This document shows positions 1 to 12,204 of a DNA stretch of 64,000 nt, piece by piece. Source of the DNA: Macrostomum lignano (taxonomy: Eukaryota). Location: assembly GCA_002269645.1 (NCBI GenBank), contig NIVC01000593.1, positions 457,047 through 521,046 on the forward strand, in the 5' to 3' direction. The translations under genes were made by a program, and so were the position numbers. Every line of letters begins with the position of its first letter. Positions within the stretch are counted from its first letter, which is position 1. The notes beneath the pieces were generated by a model. That model was not told the origin of the DNA and did not search any database. It worked only from the letters and a program-made list of their open reading frames with translations.

Positions 1-310
1 ATCAAAGTCCCGATCTAGTCCCAATGGAATCCCTATTAAAGTCCCGATCTAGTCCCAATCGAATCCCTATCGAAGTCCCGATCTAAGTCCTAATGGAATC
101 CCTATATAAGTCCCGATCTAGTCTCAATCGAATCTCTATCGAAGTCCCGATATAGTCCCAATAGAATCCCTATCGAAGTCCCGATCTAAGTCCTAATCGA
201 ATCCCTATCAAAGTCCCGATCTAGGCCTAATTAAGTCCCTACCAAAGTCCCGATCTAGTCCCAATGGAATCCCTACTAAAGTCCCGATCTAGTCCCAACC
301 GAATCCCACT
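1..310. repeat. 34-35 bp minisatellite (AAAGTCCCGATCTAGTCCCAATGGAATCCCTATT)
   Basis: About 9 diverged tandem copies, continuing off the left edge. Confidence 0.95.
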
Positions 311-316
311 CGAAAC

Positions 317-471
317 CTGATACGAAACGTCCAGCAGACTCTTCTGAAGACAACAACAAGGTTGAACAGAGAATTTAGTGCGAGAAACTGAAGAGCAATT
401 AAGAAGCGGGCATTCCAGGCGCTGTCCGCCGAGGTCACACGGCCTCGCCAGCCTCCAGCCCCGGTGTAAAC
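317..471 (-). CDS. candidate exon 3 of tetraspan-like gene (continues off window)
   Basis: Acceptor ttatccAG|GT; frame GLHRGWRLARPCDLGGQR is reminiscent of clarin GLFHG...CGLGAR; donor CAG|GTTTCG at 317/316 directly before a tandem array. An alternative frame gives a hydrophobic FLIALQFLALNSLFNLVVVF segment, so the frame is unresolved. Confidence 0.3.
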
Positions 472-1071
472 CTGGATAATTTGCCATCGCGATAAGCGAG
501 AGAATCCGCTGTAAACCTGCTTGCTGCAGGCCATGCTGTCAGTCAAGTCGGGTTTCAACTCTGACCTCAGTCTTAATGCTTTCCCTACTATACACTAATT
601 TTTGTCTCCCATCCTCTCAGCAGCATCTTCAGTTGGAGGCGGAACGGAGAGCCAAAAAACACGGCCATGGGGATGTGGGTGGGGGCTCGCGCATCGCTTT
701 AATTTTCTAGGAACATCCTGGAGATAAGGATTGGACTGCTATCAGGCGTATACCTGGGGCCATTACTACCTCCCTCGGGTCAATTGAAGTCGCTGGACTG
801 TGCGCAGCAGACCTGATTACGCAACCGCCTCCCGCCGCCCAAAACCCGGAGGCTCCGCAGCCACAGAGCCCCCAGCGAAGAAGGAGAATATTTAATTAAT
901 TTCCCATTACTTCCAACTCCCCACTATACGGACCAGCTTCCGTTTAAAAACTTGAAGATTTGCGCCAATGCGCAAGACTAATGCATTGTAGGCTATGGGA
1001 TGCTGCCTGGATTACCCTGAAGTGACCCTCCTTCCCAGGATGCACAACAGGAAGTGCCGCCTTCGCCTGAC

Positions 1072-1164
1072 CTCCTCCAGGCGTGATTGCCAACTCAGAG
1101 AAGAACCCGTTGAGTGTGACATTGTGAGCGCGTACGTGCGCGAATCCTATGCATACCCAACCAG
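1072..1164 (-). CDS. candidate exon 2 of tetraspan-like gene
   Basis: Phase-1 acceptor ctttcagactcAG|CT gives LT-T-G-W-V-C (T-x-x-W as after TM1 in claudin/clarin proteins) and an N-glycosylation sequon NVT. Donor uncertain: after 1072 (phase 1) or after 1016 (phase 0). Confidence 0.35.
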
Positions 1165-1439
1165 CTGAGTCTGAAAGCAGCACGTTCCAAATATGAGGCC
1201 GCATTTGAATTGTTATACTGTTATTACAACAAGGTGAGTCAGTCGGCAAGGCCCTGAAAACCTTTGTTTTCGTTTGCGCCAGATTCTAACATTGGCATTA
1301 ATGATTTGGGGTGGGGGGAATTCTTTCATTTTTCCGCCTTCTTCTTTCTATATGTGTATCTCTTCCCCATCTCCTGCGTCCCAGCCTCCCCCTGCCGCTG
1401 GGTTGGTTGCAGTTATGCAAGCAAAAGCCTGATTAATTA

Positions 1440-1510
1440 TTTCGCCTCACCGGGAATCGAACCTCGACCCTTCTTCTGGCAACTAAATTACGGCACAGGG
1501 TTACCTCTCC
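1440..1510 (-). mobile_element. tRNA/SINE-like fragment
   Basis: Minus strand GGTTCGATTCCCGG (B box) at 1450-1463; the rest is not a recognisable tRNA. Confidence 0.35.
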
Positions 1511-2164
1511 TGCCACGCTAAGGTGACTAATGGTTAACGATCCATCCAAGTCGTTGAGTAAAACGGTTTGACTCATTAAAGAGTTCATTGTGTACTCAAG
1601 AAAGCTTATATTATAGCTAAACTGTGTATGCTCAGTAATAGAAAAAATATTTGGTTTAATCCAGCAGCTGCTGAAGAATCCACCGCTTATACACACTCGC
1701 ATTCCACCGGTTGTGACGATGAGGATTATAGAGAAAGACCTGAATGGCCCTCGCAGAGGGCAGGGTAGGCGGGGTTGCCCCATTGTGCCGCCCCCTACCT
1801 GGGCTAGCAATTGAGGAGCTCAAGTGGCTGAAAGCTGTCGTAGAAATAATATGTATAGAATTGGCTAATTGTGGGCTGCTAAAAATGCTATTGTTTCACA
1901 CTGACTGTTGCGTAATAACCAAATCCGTTGTCGGAGGTTTCGTTCAGGAGCTCAAAAAAATGCGAACTCACGCACAAGTGAGTAATGCTTTGGTAAATAC
2001 CTTGATGGCCGAATGAGCTAGGGCTGAGTTTGAGTGTATGAACAATAAAATAAAATCTGCTTTGTATCAAGGTTGTCATCCCACTTACTAATATATAGTG
2101 TAATACCCTGGTAGCTCGTAGTATTCTTAGAAAGGCTGGGGGCACAGTCATGCACTGATGACGC

Positions 2165-2285
2165 GCTCATGCACACGCTCACACAGGGTGTACCGCGGCC
2201 CTGACTTTCTAATCGTCAGGCATGTGCACTCTCTGTGCCTTGGGGGCTGGCTGTCATGGGCTGTGAATCGCACGAGAACCCACTC
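2165..2285 (-). mobile_element. dispersed repeat (SINE body fragment)
   Basis: CACGCTCACACAGGGTGTAC...CCCTGACTTTCTAATCG recurs at 6667-6710 and inverted at 41150-41200. Confidence 0.7.
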
Positions 2286-2339
2286 TACACCCTCATTTAC
2301 AGTTGTGCTTGTAATAGATGCCCAGATTCCTAGATTCCT

Positions 2340-3055
2340 GCCTAGCTACTCACCTGTGTGGGTGGGATATTTGGGATCCCTAGCTACTCACCTGTGTGGG
2401 ATATTTGGGATCCATAGCTTCACACCTGTGTGGGATATTTGGGATCCCTGGCTACTCACCTGTGTGGGATATTTGGGATCCCTAGTTACTCACCTTGTGT
2501 GGGATATTTGGGATCCCTAGCTTCACACCTTGTGTGGGATATTTGGGATCCCTAGCTTCACACCTTGTGTGGGATATTTAGGATCCCTAGCTACTCACCT
2601 GTGTGGGATATTTGGGATCCATAGCTACTCACCTGTGTGGGATATTTGGGATCCATAGCTACTCACCTGTGTGGGATATTTGGGATCCATAGCTACTCAC
2701 CTGTGTGGGATATTTGGGATCCCTAGCTTCACACCTTGTGTGGGATATTTGGGATCCCTAGCTTCACATCTGTGAGGGATATTTGGAACCCGTAGCTACT
2801 CACCTTGTGTGGGATATTTGGGATCCCTAGCTTCACACCTTGTGTGGGATATTTGGGATCCCTAGCTTCACACCTTGTGTGGGATATTTGGGATCCCTAG
2901 CTTCACATCTGTGTGGATATTTGCGATCCTTATCTACACACCTGTGAGGGATATTTGGGATCCCTAGCTTCACACCTGTGTGGGATATTTGGGATCCCTA
3001 TCTTCACACCTGTGTGGGATATTTGGGATCCCTATCTTCACACCGGTGTGGGATC
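2340..3055 (+). repeat. 34-35 bp minisatellite (GGGATATTTGGGATCCCTAGCTTCACACCTGTGT)
   Basis: About 20 tandem copies. Confidence 0.95.
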
Positions 3056-3090
3056 TTTCAAATTCAAATAAAGAAGGAGCGAAGATTTAC

Positions 3091-3217
3091 TGGTGAGAAA
3101 AGCGATCAGGCTGAATGCAATGGCAGAAAACCCCAAGCAAACCGCAGTTAGCGCAGCAGCACACAATCTCAGGAACTTTTTCGACATTTCGCCGATCCCG
3201 CCGCCGTCGCCCCTCAT
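3091..3217 (-). CDS. candidate first coding exon of a claudin/clarin-like tetraspan membrane protein
   Basis: ATGs at 3217 and 3187; MSKKFLRLCAAALTAVCLGFSAIAFSLIAFLT is a basic-then-hydrophobic TM1; phase-1 donor ACC A|GTAAAT at 3091/3090. The unspliced ORF is 59 aa, so it is absent from the track. Confidence 0.5.
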
Positions 3218-3424
3218 CCCCCAGGTTCGCTGACATTCGCAACCAGCTAGCCATAATAAACTAACGAAATGCCCGATAAAGTTTGCGCAGGAAATGGCGC
3301 TCCTAACACACCGCGAGAATCTGCGCAGCTGCTAAACGGAAATCAAGAAATTACAAAGATTTTTTCTGCATAGTCCGACAAATTTTTTAGCTGCGCCTTG
3401 TACTTCTGCAAAATAGGAAACATC

Positions 3425-3545
3425 AAGCCCTGAATCAAACCCTGATCAAGCCCTGAACCAAACCCTGAACAAGCCCTGAACCAAACCCTGATCAAGCCCT
3501 GAACCAAACCCTGATCAAGCTCTGAACCAAACCCTGATCAAGTCA
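3425..3545. repeat. 23-bp tandem repeat (AAGCCCTGAACCAAACCCTGATC)
   Basis: About 5 copies. Confidence 0.9.
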
Positions 3546-3554
3546 TGGATCATA

Positions 3555-3930
<376 letters not shown>

Positions 3931-3964
3931 CGACAAGTTGTCTTTAATGAGCACAGCGTCTCAG

Positions 3965-4185
3965 GTGTGAAGCTAAGCTAGGATCCCAAATATCCCTCAC
4001 AGGTGTGTAGATACGTGTGACGGTGTGAAGCTATAGGGATCCCAAATATCCCACACAGGTGTGAAGCTAGGGATCCCAAATATCCCTCACAGGTGTGAAG
4101 CCAAAGATCCCTAATATCCCACACGGGTGTGAAGCCAAGGATCCCAAATATCCCACACGGGCGTGAAGCTAGGGATCCCTAGTAA
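3965..4185 (-). repeat. inverted copy of the 34-bp minisatellite at 2340-3055
   Basis: ACACAGGTGTGAAGCTAGGGATCCCAAATATCCC is the exact reverse complement of the unit; about 6 copies. Confidence 0.95.
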
Positions 4186-5049
4186 TCCTCACTTAACTCC
4201 AGTTCCCACCCGGGATCATGCACTGTACTGAAATGCGAATCTCTCATTGCCCATTCGCACGCCGAAACTCAAACAGCTCCCCAAAGCAAACACTGAGACA
4301 CGCAGTCGCTCAGCCCATTGGCTTTCAATTGCCCCGAGATTCAGGAATCAGGCTGTCAGTCAGAGGCAATTCGTCCCATGCACGGCGTGACTCCCCTGCC
4401 AACCATTCTTTTTCTCCTAAGCCATCCTGCATGCTAACAAATGAAGCACTGGAGCGCTTGATCACGCTATGGTGCGACTGAATAGTGCGGGAGACTGCAG
4501 TTCTTCATCGCCGTGTCTCTCTCTCTCTCTCTCTGATTGACAGGTTAGCAAACCCTCTTCTTTTAGTTGGTGACGACAATTCAAGCAAGGATTATAGTAT
4601 ATACGGACAATGCAGCACAGCATATAAGCGGGAGTGCTTTTGAGAAGGCTTCAGCTGAATACTACATGATGCTTTATAAATGTCAATGTTTTTTTTCATA
4701 AATGTGATTTAGTTAGTGTCTTAAAATATTTGGAGTATGTGTGTGTGATAAGTATTTGTTTCCAGCAGTTTTCAATTCTTTTACATCCCGTTTACTCTTA
4801 AGCCAGAGGCGAAAGAGGCCTGTCAGTCAGTATCACGCAAGCCCTTCCCAGCACCTGCCTGCCTGAAGTGAATAATTTAAAATCAACACATGAAATACCT
4901 ACAACATAATACAGTGTGATTCCCGTGTGAAGTTGTCTGAATATACAAGAGCCTTAATTTAAGTTCAGAAGAGTACAAAGCTACCGTCAGGATTAGAAAA
5001 TAAAGGTGTTATTGGCAAATCTAGTGTCAGTGCGTCAGAATCCCTGAAT

Positions 5050-6135
5050 CGATGCCTGAACCCTCAATGCCTGAAACCTTGATGCCTGAACCCTTGATGC
5101 CTGAACTCTCGATGTCTGAACCCTTGGTGCCTGAACCCAGATCGATGCCTGAACCCAGATCGATGCCTGAACCCTCGATGCCTGAACCCTCGATGCCTGA
5201 ACCCTCGATGCCTGAACCCTCGATGCCTGAACCCTCGATGCCTGAACCCTCGATGCCTGAACCCAGCTCGATGCCTGAACCCTCGATGCCTGAACCCTCG
5301 ATGCCTGAACCCTCGATGCCTGAACCCTCGATGCCTGAACCCTCGATGCCTGAACCCTCGATGCCTGAACCCTCGATGCCTGAACCCTCGATGCCTGAAC
5401 CCTCGATGCCTGAACCCTCGATGCCTGAACCCTCGATGCCTGAACCCAGCTCGATGCCTGAACCCTCGATGCCTGAACCCTCGATGCCTGAACCCTCGAT
5501 GCCTGAACCCAGCTCGATGCCTGAACCCTCGATGCCTGAACCCTCGATGCCTGAACCCTCGATGCCTGAACCCTCGATGCCTGAACCCAGCTCGATGCCT
5601 GAACCCTCGATGCCTGAACCCTCGATGCCTGAACCCAGATCGATGCCTGAACCCAGATCGATGCCTGAACCCAGATCGATGCCTGAACCCTCGATGCCTG
5701 AACCCTTGGTGCCTGAACCCAGCTCGATGCCTGAACCCAGATCGATGCCTGAACCCTCGATGCCTGAGCCCTCGATGCCTGAACCCAGATCGATGCCTGA
5801 ACCCTCGATGCCTGAACCCTCGATGCCTGAACCCTCGATGCCTGAACCCTCGATGCCTGAACCCTCGATGCCTGAACCCTCGATGCCTGAACCCTCGATG
5901 CCTGAACCCTCGATGCCTGAACCCTCGATGCCTGAACCCTCGATGCCTGAACCCTCGATGCCTGAACCCTCGATGCCTGAACTCTCGATGTCTGAACCCT
6001 TGGTGCCTGAACCCAGATCGATGCCTGAACCCAGATCGATGCCTGAACCCTCGATGCCTGAACCCTTGGTGCCTGAACCCAGCTCGATGCCTGAACCCTT
6101 GATGCCTGAACCCTCAATGCCTGAACTATCAATGC
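5050..6135. repeat. 15-bp minisatellite (ATGCCTGAACCCTCG) with 18-bp variants
   Basis: About 70 copies; source of spurious MPEPS/GSGIE/VQASR ORFs. Confidence 0.97.
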
Positions 6136-6157
6136 CCAAGCAGAAATACTGACTCAC

Positions 6158-6232
6158 TTTCCCGCAGTGCCAGCAACCTGCTGTTAGACTTCATGGGACT
6201 CCAAATTTTGAACAAAGAACGAACGGTGTTTT
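6158..6232 (-). other. orphan 75-nt exon candidate
   Basis: Acceptor gaatttAG, open phase-1/phase-1 frame (NTVRSLFKIWSPMKSNSRLLALRE), canonical donor A|GTGAGT at 6158/6157 next to a 15-bp array. Confidence 0.3.
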
Positions 6233-6659
6233 CTAAATTCACGCTTAACACCTTTCTTCCTTCTTAGTTTCATGCGTTCTGCTTTTCTGTAGAACAGAAA
6301 CCGTCTCAGCCGACTCAACCCAGACTAAGCCCCTGTTTGTCTCTGTCTTCTCCTGCTCTCTTGCGCCTGTAGAATTGCTGGCTGACTGAGTCATTTTGGC
6401 TTCATGCATTGCACGGCGTGCAGTTTTGCATTTTTGCGGGGGCGTTAAAAGCGGAAAAGCGAAATGGATTCCGGCTTTGTTAATAATTCTGAGGCTTCGG
6501 CTCTCGTGTATTCACTTTAAGTACTTTAAAGAGCAATAATAGAAAAATACACGCATCATCACATCATCTGAAGGGACTTGACAAGTCGAAACTGCCAGCG
6601 CTTGAGGCATACAATACTGCTCATTCCGGGGACACCTGTGTACGCACACCGATATGTAC

Positions 6660-6752
6660 GCAGTGTACACGCTCACACAGGGTGTACAGCGTCCCTGACT
6701 TTCTAATCGACAGGGATGTACACTTTCTGTGTACCTTAGGGATTGGCCCTCA
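6660..6752 (-). mobile_element. dispersed repeat (SINE body fragment)
   Basis: Near-identical core to 2165-2285. Confidence 0.7.
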
Positions 6753-7109
6753 CGCGCGTGAGGCTGGAGATTAATAGCTGGTTCATGTAGGCGCTTGATA
6801 GTACATGCAATTATCAAGAAGACAAAATTCTGGTGTCTTATACGCACCAAGATGGCTCATTATAACTTCTTTTAGCGACTGAACAGCTTTTATCTGCGCC
6901 TACAGTGTCATGTTGACTTGGTCGGGGTCATAAACTACGATCGTATAACAACTGACAACCATTTCTACTGTTTTTCGTCCAGTCACCAATATTTACCTTT
7001 GCATTTTTGTAAAAAAGAGGAAATTAATTCGTGGGAAGTTTTTAACTGTACTCATACTGGTACCAAGGACCACTAGAAGTTACCGTTGTACAACTATCCC
7101 TAATGATAC

Positions 7110-10100
7110 CCTAATGATAAATTGTATCTATGGTTGTGGAGTTTGCTAATGGTAGATTGTGCCTGTAGTTGGGGAGTTTGACAATGGTAGATTGTGTCTA
7201 TGGTTGGAGAGTTTGACAATGGTAGATTGTGTCTGTGGTTGGAGAGTTTGACAATGGTAGATTGTGTCTATGGTTGGAGAGTTTGACAATAGTAGATTGT
7301 GCCTGTAGTTGGGGAGTTTGACAATGGTAGATTGTGTCTATGGTTGGAGAGTTTGACAATGGTAGATTGTGTCTGTGGTTGAGGAGTTTGACAATGGTAG
7401 ATTGTGTCTATGGTTGGAGAGTTTGACAATGGTAGATTGTGTCTATGGTTGGGAGTTTGACAATGGTAGATTGTGTCTATGGTTGGAGAGTTTGACAATG
7501 GTAGATTGTGTCTGTGGTTGAGGAGTTTGACAATGGTAGATTGTGTCTGTGGTTGAGGAGTTTGACAATGGTAGATTGTGTCTATGGTTGGAGAGTTTGA
7601 CAATGGTGGATTGTTTCTGTGGTTGAGGAGTTTGACAATGGTGGATTGTGTCTATGGTTGGGAGTTTGACAATGGTGGATTGTGTCTATGGTTGGAGAGT
7701 TTGACAATGGTAGATTGTGTCTGTGGTTGGAGAGTTTGACAATGGTGGATTGTGTCTATGGTTGGAGAGTTTGACAATGGTAGATTGTGTCTGTGGTTAA
7801 GGAGTTTGACAATGGTGGATTGGGTCTGTGGTTGGGAGTTTGACAATGGTAGATTGTGTCTATGGTTGGAGAGTTTGACAATGGTAGATTGTGTCTGTGG
7901 TTGAGGAGTTTGACAATGGTGGATTGTGTCTGTGGTTGGAGAGTTTGACAATGGTGGATTGTGTCTGTGGTTGGAGAGTTTGACAATGGTGGATTGTGTC
8001 TGTGGTTGGAGAGTTTGACAATGGTAGATTGTGTCTGTGGTTGAGGAGTTTGACAATGGTGGATTGTGTCTGTGGTTGGAGAGTTTGACAATGGTGGATT
8101 GTGTCTGTGGTTGGAGAGTTTGACAATGGTAGATTGTGTAGATCGTGTCTGTGGTTGAGGAGTTTGACAATGGTAGATTGTGTAGATCGTGTCTGTGGTT
8201 GAGGAGTTTGACAATGGTAGATCGTGTCTATGGTTGGAGAGTTTGACAATGGTAGATTGTGTAGATCGTGTCTATGGTTGGAGAGTTTGACAATGGTAGA
8301 TTGTGTCTTTGGTTGGAGAGTTTGACAATGGTAGATTGTGTCTGTGGTTGAGGAGTTCGACAATGGTGGATTTTGTCTATTGTTGTAGAGTTTGACAATG
8401 GTCAAACCTTTCAAACCAAATGGTTGACTGTGTCTGTGGTTGGAGAGTTTGACAATGGTGGATTGTGTCTGTGGTTGGAGAGTTTGACAATGGTGGATTG
8501 TGTCTGTGGTTGGAGAGTTTGACAATGGTAGATTGTGTCTGTGGTTGAGGAGTTTGACAATGGTGGATTGTGTCTGTGGTTGGAGAGTTTGACAATGGTG
8601 GATTGTGTCTGTGGTTGGAGAGTTTGACAATGGTAGATTGTGTAGATCGTGTCTGTGGTTGAGGAGTTTGACAATGGTAGATTGTGTAGATCGTGTCTGT
8701 GGTTGAGGAGTTTGACAATGGTAGATTGTGTCTATGGTTGGAGAGTTTGACAATGGTGGATTGTTTCTGTGGTTGAGGAGTTTGACAATGGTGGATTGTG
8801 TCTATGGTTGGGAGTTTGACAATGGTGGATTGTGTCTATGGTTGGAGAGTTTGACAATGGTAGATTGTGTCTGTGGTTGGAGAGTTTGACAATGGTGGAT
8901 TGTGTCTATGGTTGGAGAGTTTGACAATGGTAGATTGTGTCTGTGGTTAAGGAGTTTGACAATGGTGGATTAGGTCTGTGGTTGGGGAGTTTGACAATGG
9001 TAGATTGTGTCTATGGTTGGAGAGTTTGACAATGGTAGATTGTGTCTGTGGTTGAGGAGTTTGACAATGGTGGATTGTGTCTGTGGTTGGAGAGTTTGAC
9101 AATGGTGGATTGTGTCTGTGGTTGGAGAGTTTGACAATGGTGGATTGTGTCTGTGGTTGGAGAGTTTGACAATGGTAGATTGTGTCTGTGGTTGAGGAGT
9201 TTGACAATGGTGGATTGTGTCTGTGGTTGGAGAGTTTGACAATGGTGGATTGTGTCTGTGGTTGGAGAGTTTGACAATGGTAGATTGTGTAGATCGTGTC
9301 TGTGGTTGAGGAGTTTGACAATGGTAGATTGTGTAGATCGTGTCTGTGGTTGAGGAGTTTGACAATGGTAGATCGTGTCTATGGTTGGAGAGTTTGACAA
9401 TGGTAGATTGTGTAGATCGTGTCTATGGTTGGAGAGTTTGACAATGGTAGATTGTGTCTTTGGTTGGAGAGTTTGACAATGGTAGATTGTGTCTGTGGTT
9501 GAGGAGTTCGACAATGGTGGATTTTGTCTATTGTTGTAGAGTTTGACAATGGTCAAACCTTTCAAACCAAATGGTTGACTGTGTCTGTGGTTGGAGAGTT
9601 TGACAATGGTGGATTGTGTCTGTGGTTGGAGAGTTTGACAATGGTGGATTGTGTCTGTGGTTGGAGAGTTTGACAATGGTAGATTGTGTCTGTGGTTGAG
9701 GAGTTTGACAATGGTGGATTGTGTCTGTGGTTGGAGAGTTTGACAATGGCGGATTGTGTCTGTGGTTGGAGAGTTTGACAATGGTAGATTGTGTAGATCG
9801 TGTCTGTGGTTGAGGAGTTTGACAATGGTAGATCGTGTCTATGGTTGGAGAGTTTGACAATGGTAGATTGTGTAGATCGTGTCTATGGTTGGAGAGTTTG
9901 ACAATGGTAGATTGTGTCTACGGTTGGAGAGTTTGACAATGGTAGATTGTGTCTGTGGTTGAGGAGTTCGACAATGGTGGATTTTGTCTATTGTTGTAGA
10001 GTTTGACAATGGTCAAACCTTTCAAACCAAATGGTTGACTGTGTCTGTGGTTGGAGAGTTTGACAATGGTGGATTGTGTCTGTGGTTGGAGAGTTTGACA

Positions 10101-10530
10101 ATGGTGGATTGTGTCTGTGGTTGGAGAGTTTGACAATGGTAGATTGTGTCTGTGGTTGAGGAGTTTGACAATGGTGGATTGTGTCTGTGGTTGGAGAGTT
10201 TGACAATGGTGGATTGTGTCTGTGGTTGGAGAGTTTGACAATGGTAGATTGTGTAGATCGTGTCTGTGGTTGAGGAGTTTGACAATGGTAGATTGTGTAG
10301 ATCGTGTCTGTGGTTGAGGAGTTTGACAATGGTAGATCGTGTAGATCGTGTCTATGGTTGGAGAGTTTGACAATGGTAGATTGTGTCTATGGTTGGAGAG
10401 TTTGACAATGGTAGATTGTGTCTGTGGTTGAGGAGTTCGACAATGGTGGATTTTGTCTATTGTTGTAGAGTTTGACAATGGTCAAACCTTTCAAACCAAA
10501 TGGTTGACTGTGTCTGTGGTTGGAGAGTTT
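7110..10530. repeat. 35-bp minisatellite array A (GAGTTTGACAATGGTAGATTGTGTCTGTGGTTGGA) with higher-order duplications
   Basis: Nearly 100 copies; a marker block (GGAGTTCGAC...CAAACCTTTCAAACCAAATGG) recurs at about 8351, 9502, 9962 and 10433. Confidence 0.97.
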
Positions 10531-12204
10531 GGCTCATTATAACAGTTTTTTCGCGACCGAACAGCTGCGCCAACAGTGTAAATCTAAGGTGAAGAAAGCG
10601 TTTTAGGCAGAAGTACATGCTGCCAACACCTCCGAGGCTAAAGAAGTATAAATTTATGTCGCCCCAGCTGCAGTTACGGTGCAAAAAGACGCGAATGGAG
10701 AAAAGCATAGACAGACAGACTGAAAAAAGATTGCAAATCGAAAGAAAAACAAAAGAAGATTTGGGGGGCAGCTGGCTTTCGTCTCTTCCCTATCTCTCTG
10801 CCGTTTTGCTGTAGCTACGGCTAAAATACTCCTATTTTAGTTGACATTTCTTTCGAATCGCTGCGATGTTCGACACCCGCGCCTAACGCGGTGGTTCTGC
10901 AGGGTCGCAGCCAGCCCAGAAAAGTGTCGCAATTTTTGCATGCAGCAAAGAAGGAAACACGGTTCTAGTTTCTTCGATCGGTGTGATCGATATATTCTTT
11001 TTATCGTATAATGAATTTAAATGTAATCCGACTTCAGAATAAAATAAAGAAGGCAAATTATTTGTCAATAGAATAGAAAAGTTCTATTTCTATTAAAGAT
11101 CGCGCGATTTTACAGTTCATTCAAACAATAAACGTTCCGAGTTTAAGCAAAACAAAGAATATATTTTTGTTTAACTAAAAGTAAATAACAAAGCAAGTGT
11201 GTTTGTACAAACAAAAGTACGTGGTAATTAAAGTTATATTCCAGCCTCAGTAAAATTCAAGTTTAAAAAGTTATTAATGACAAAAACTAGGATTAAAATT
11301 GCTATGGATTCAGACTCGCTATATAAGGAAGAAAAATGATACATTTAGCGTAGCTATAGTATTGTAGTATGAATTTAAAACTAATTACAGAAGAATAAGG
11401 TGTACAAACTGATCGCCTATAGTGTACACAAATGACAGTTTTTGTGAATAATATAAGGATTTAATTTTTATACAATTTTTTAGCTCATGCGACATTTGCT
11501 TTGTTTATATATATGTTAATGTTGTTCTTCGTCTTGAGAACCAGCGCGCATGTGTGGGTAGGAGACAAATTTAATGAAAGACTGGAGGTAGGCACATGTA
11601 GTAATTGGTTGGTGAAAACTTGTAATAACTAAATAAATTAAATTATCAGCGCCTGACGCGCATGTATAAATCAAACGACATTTTCTTAATATGTATTAAA
11701 ATGTTTAATATAATAAAAACTCTGCAAGTTGTTTTATGAAACAGATCAACACCACGCATATACTTTGTTATAACAATTATAACGATTATGAGATTTCTGA
11801 CAGAAATTTTGGACTAAAGGGTAGTTAGATGCTGACTGCGCATTGAAAATAAAGTCATTAAGGATTGCAGGTTTTAGTGCAAAAATCTATTTCTTATTAT
11901 TTTTCATTAATACAAGAGGACTTGAGTATATCTGGTAATATTCTATATTTCGTAACTATACTTAGTCTGAATTATGCACTCATATTTCGCCGAATTACAT
12001 TACTATTTGTTACTATTTGTTACTATTTGTTACAACTACATCAAAAAAGAGGTTTTAAATTTTAGAAATGATCAATTTGTAATCAGCCTTCAATATTGTT
12101 TTTTTCTGGTGATTTTAAAAACCTATTACCCTTTCAATCCTAAAACTGACTGAGCCAATCAAAATTTGAAGGCCGATTTCAGCTAAACTCGACTGTCGTC
12201 GCAC

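Noticed and set aside
621-902. Plus-strand coding-like segments (QHLQLEAERRAKK; EHPGDKDW...RRRIFN*)
   Set aside because: They would need a 32-36 nt intron, match no family I recognise, and lie antisense within the candidate tetraspan gene; unsupported without transcripts.
5027-10478. Long repetitive ORFs (MPEPS, GSGIE, SNSPTTDT...)
   Set aside because: They are translations of 15- and 35-bp tandem arrays, open in several frames on both strands, with no non-repeat coding context.
7110-10530. CRISPR-like periodicity of 28-35 bp repeats here and in other arrays
   Set aside because: Units are directly adjacent with no unique spacers, there are no cas genes, and the context is eukaryotic and intron-containing.
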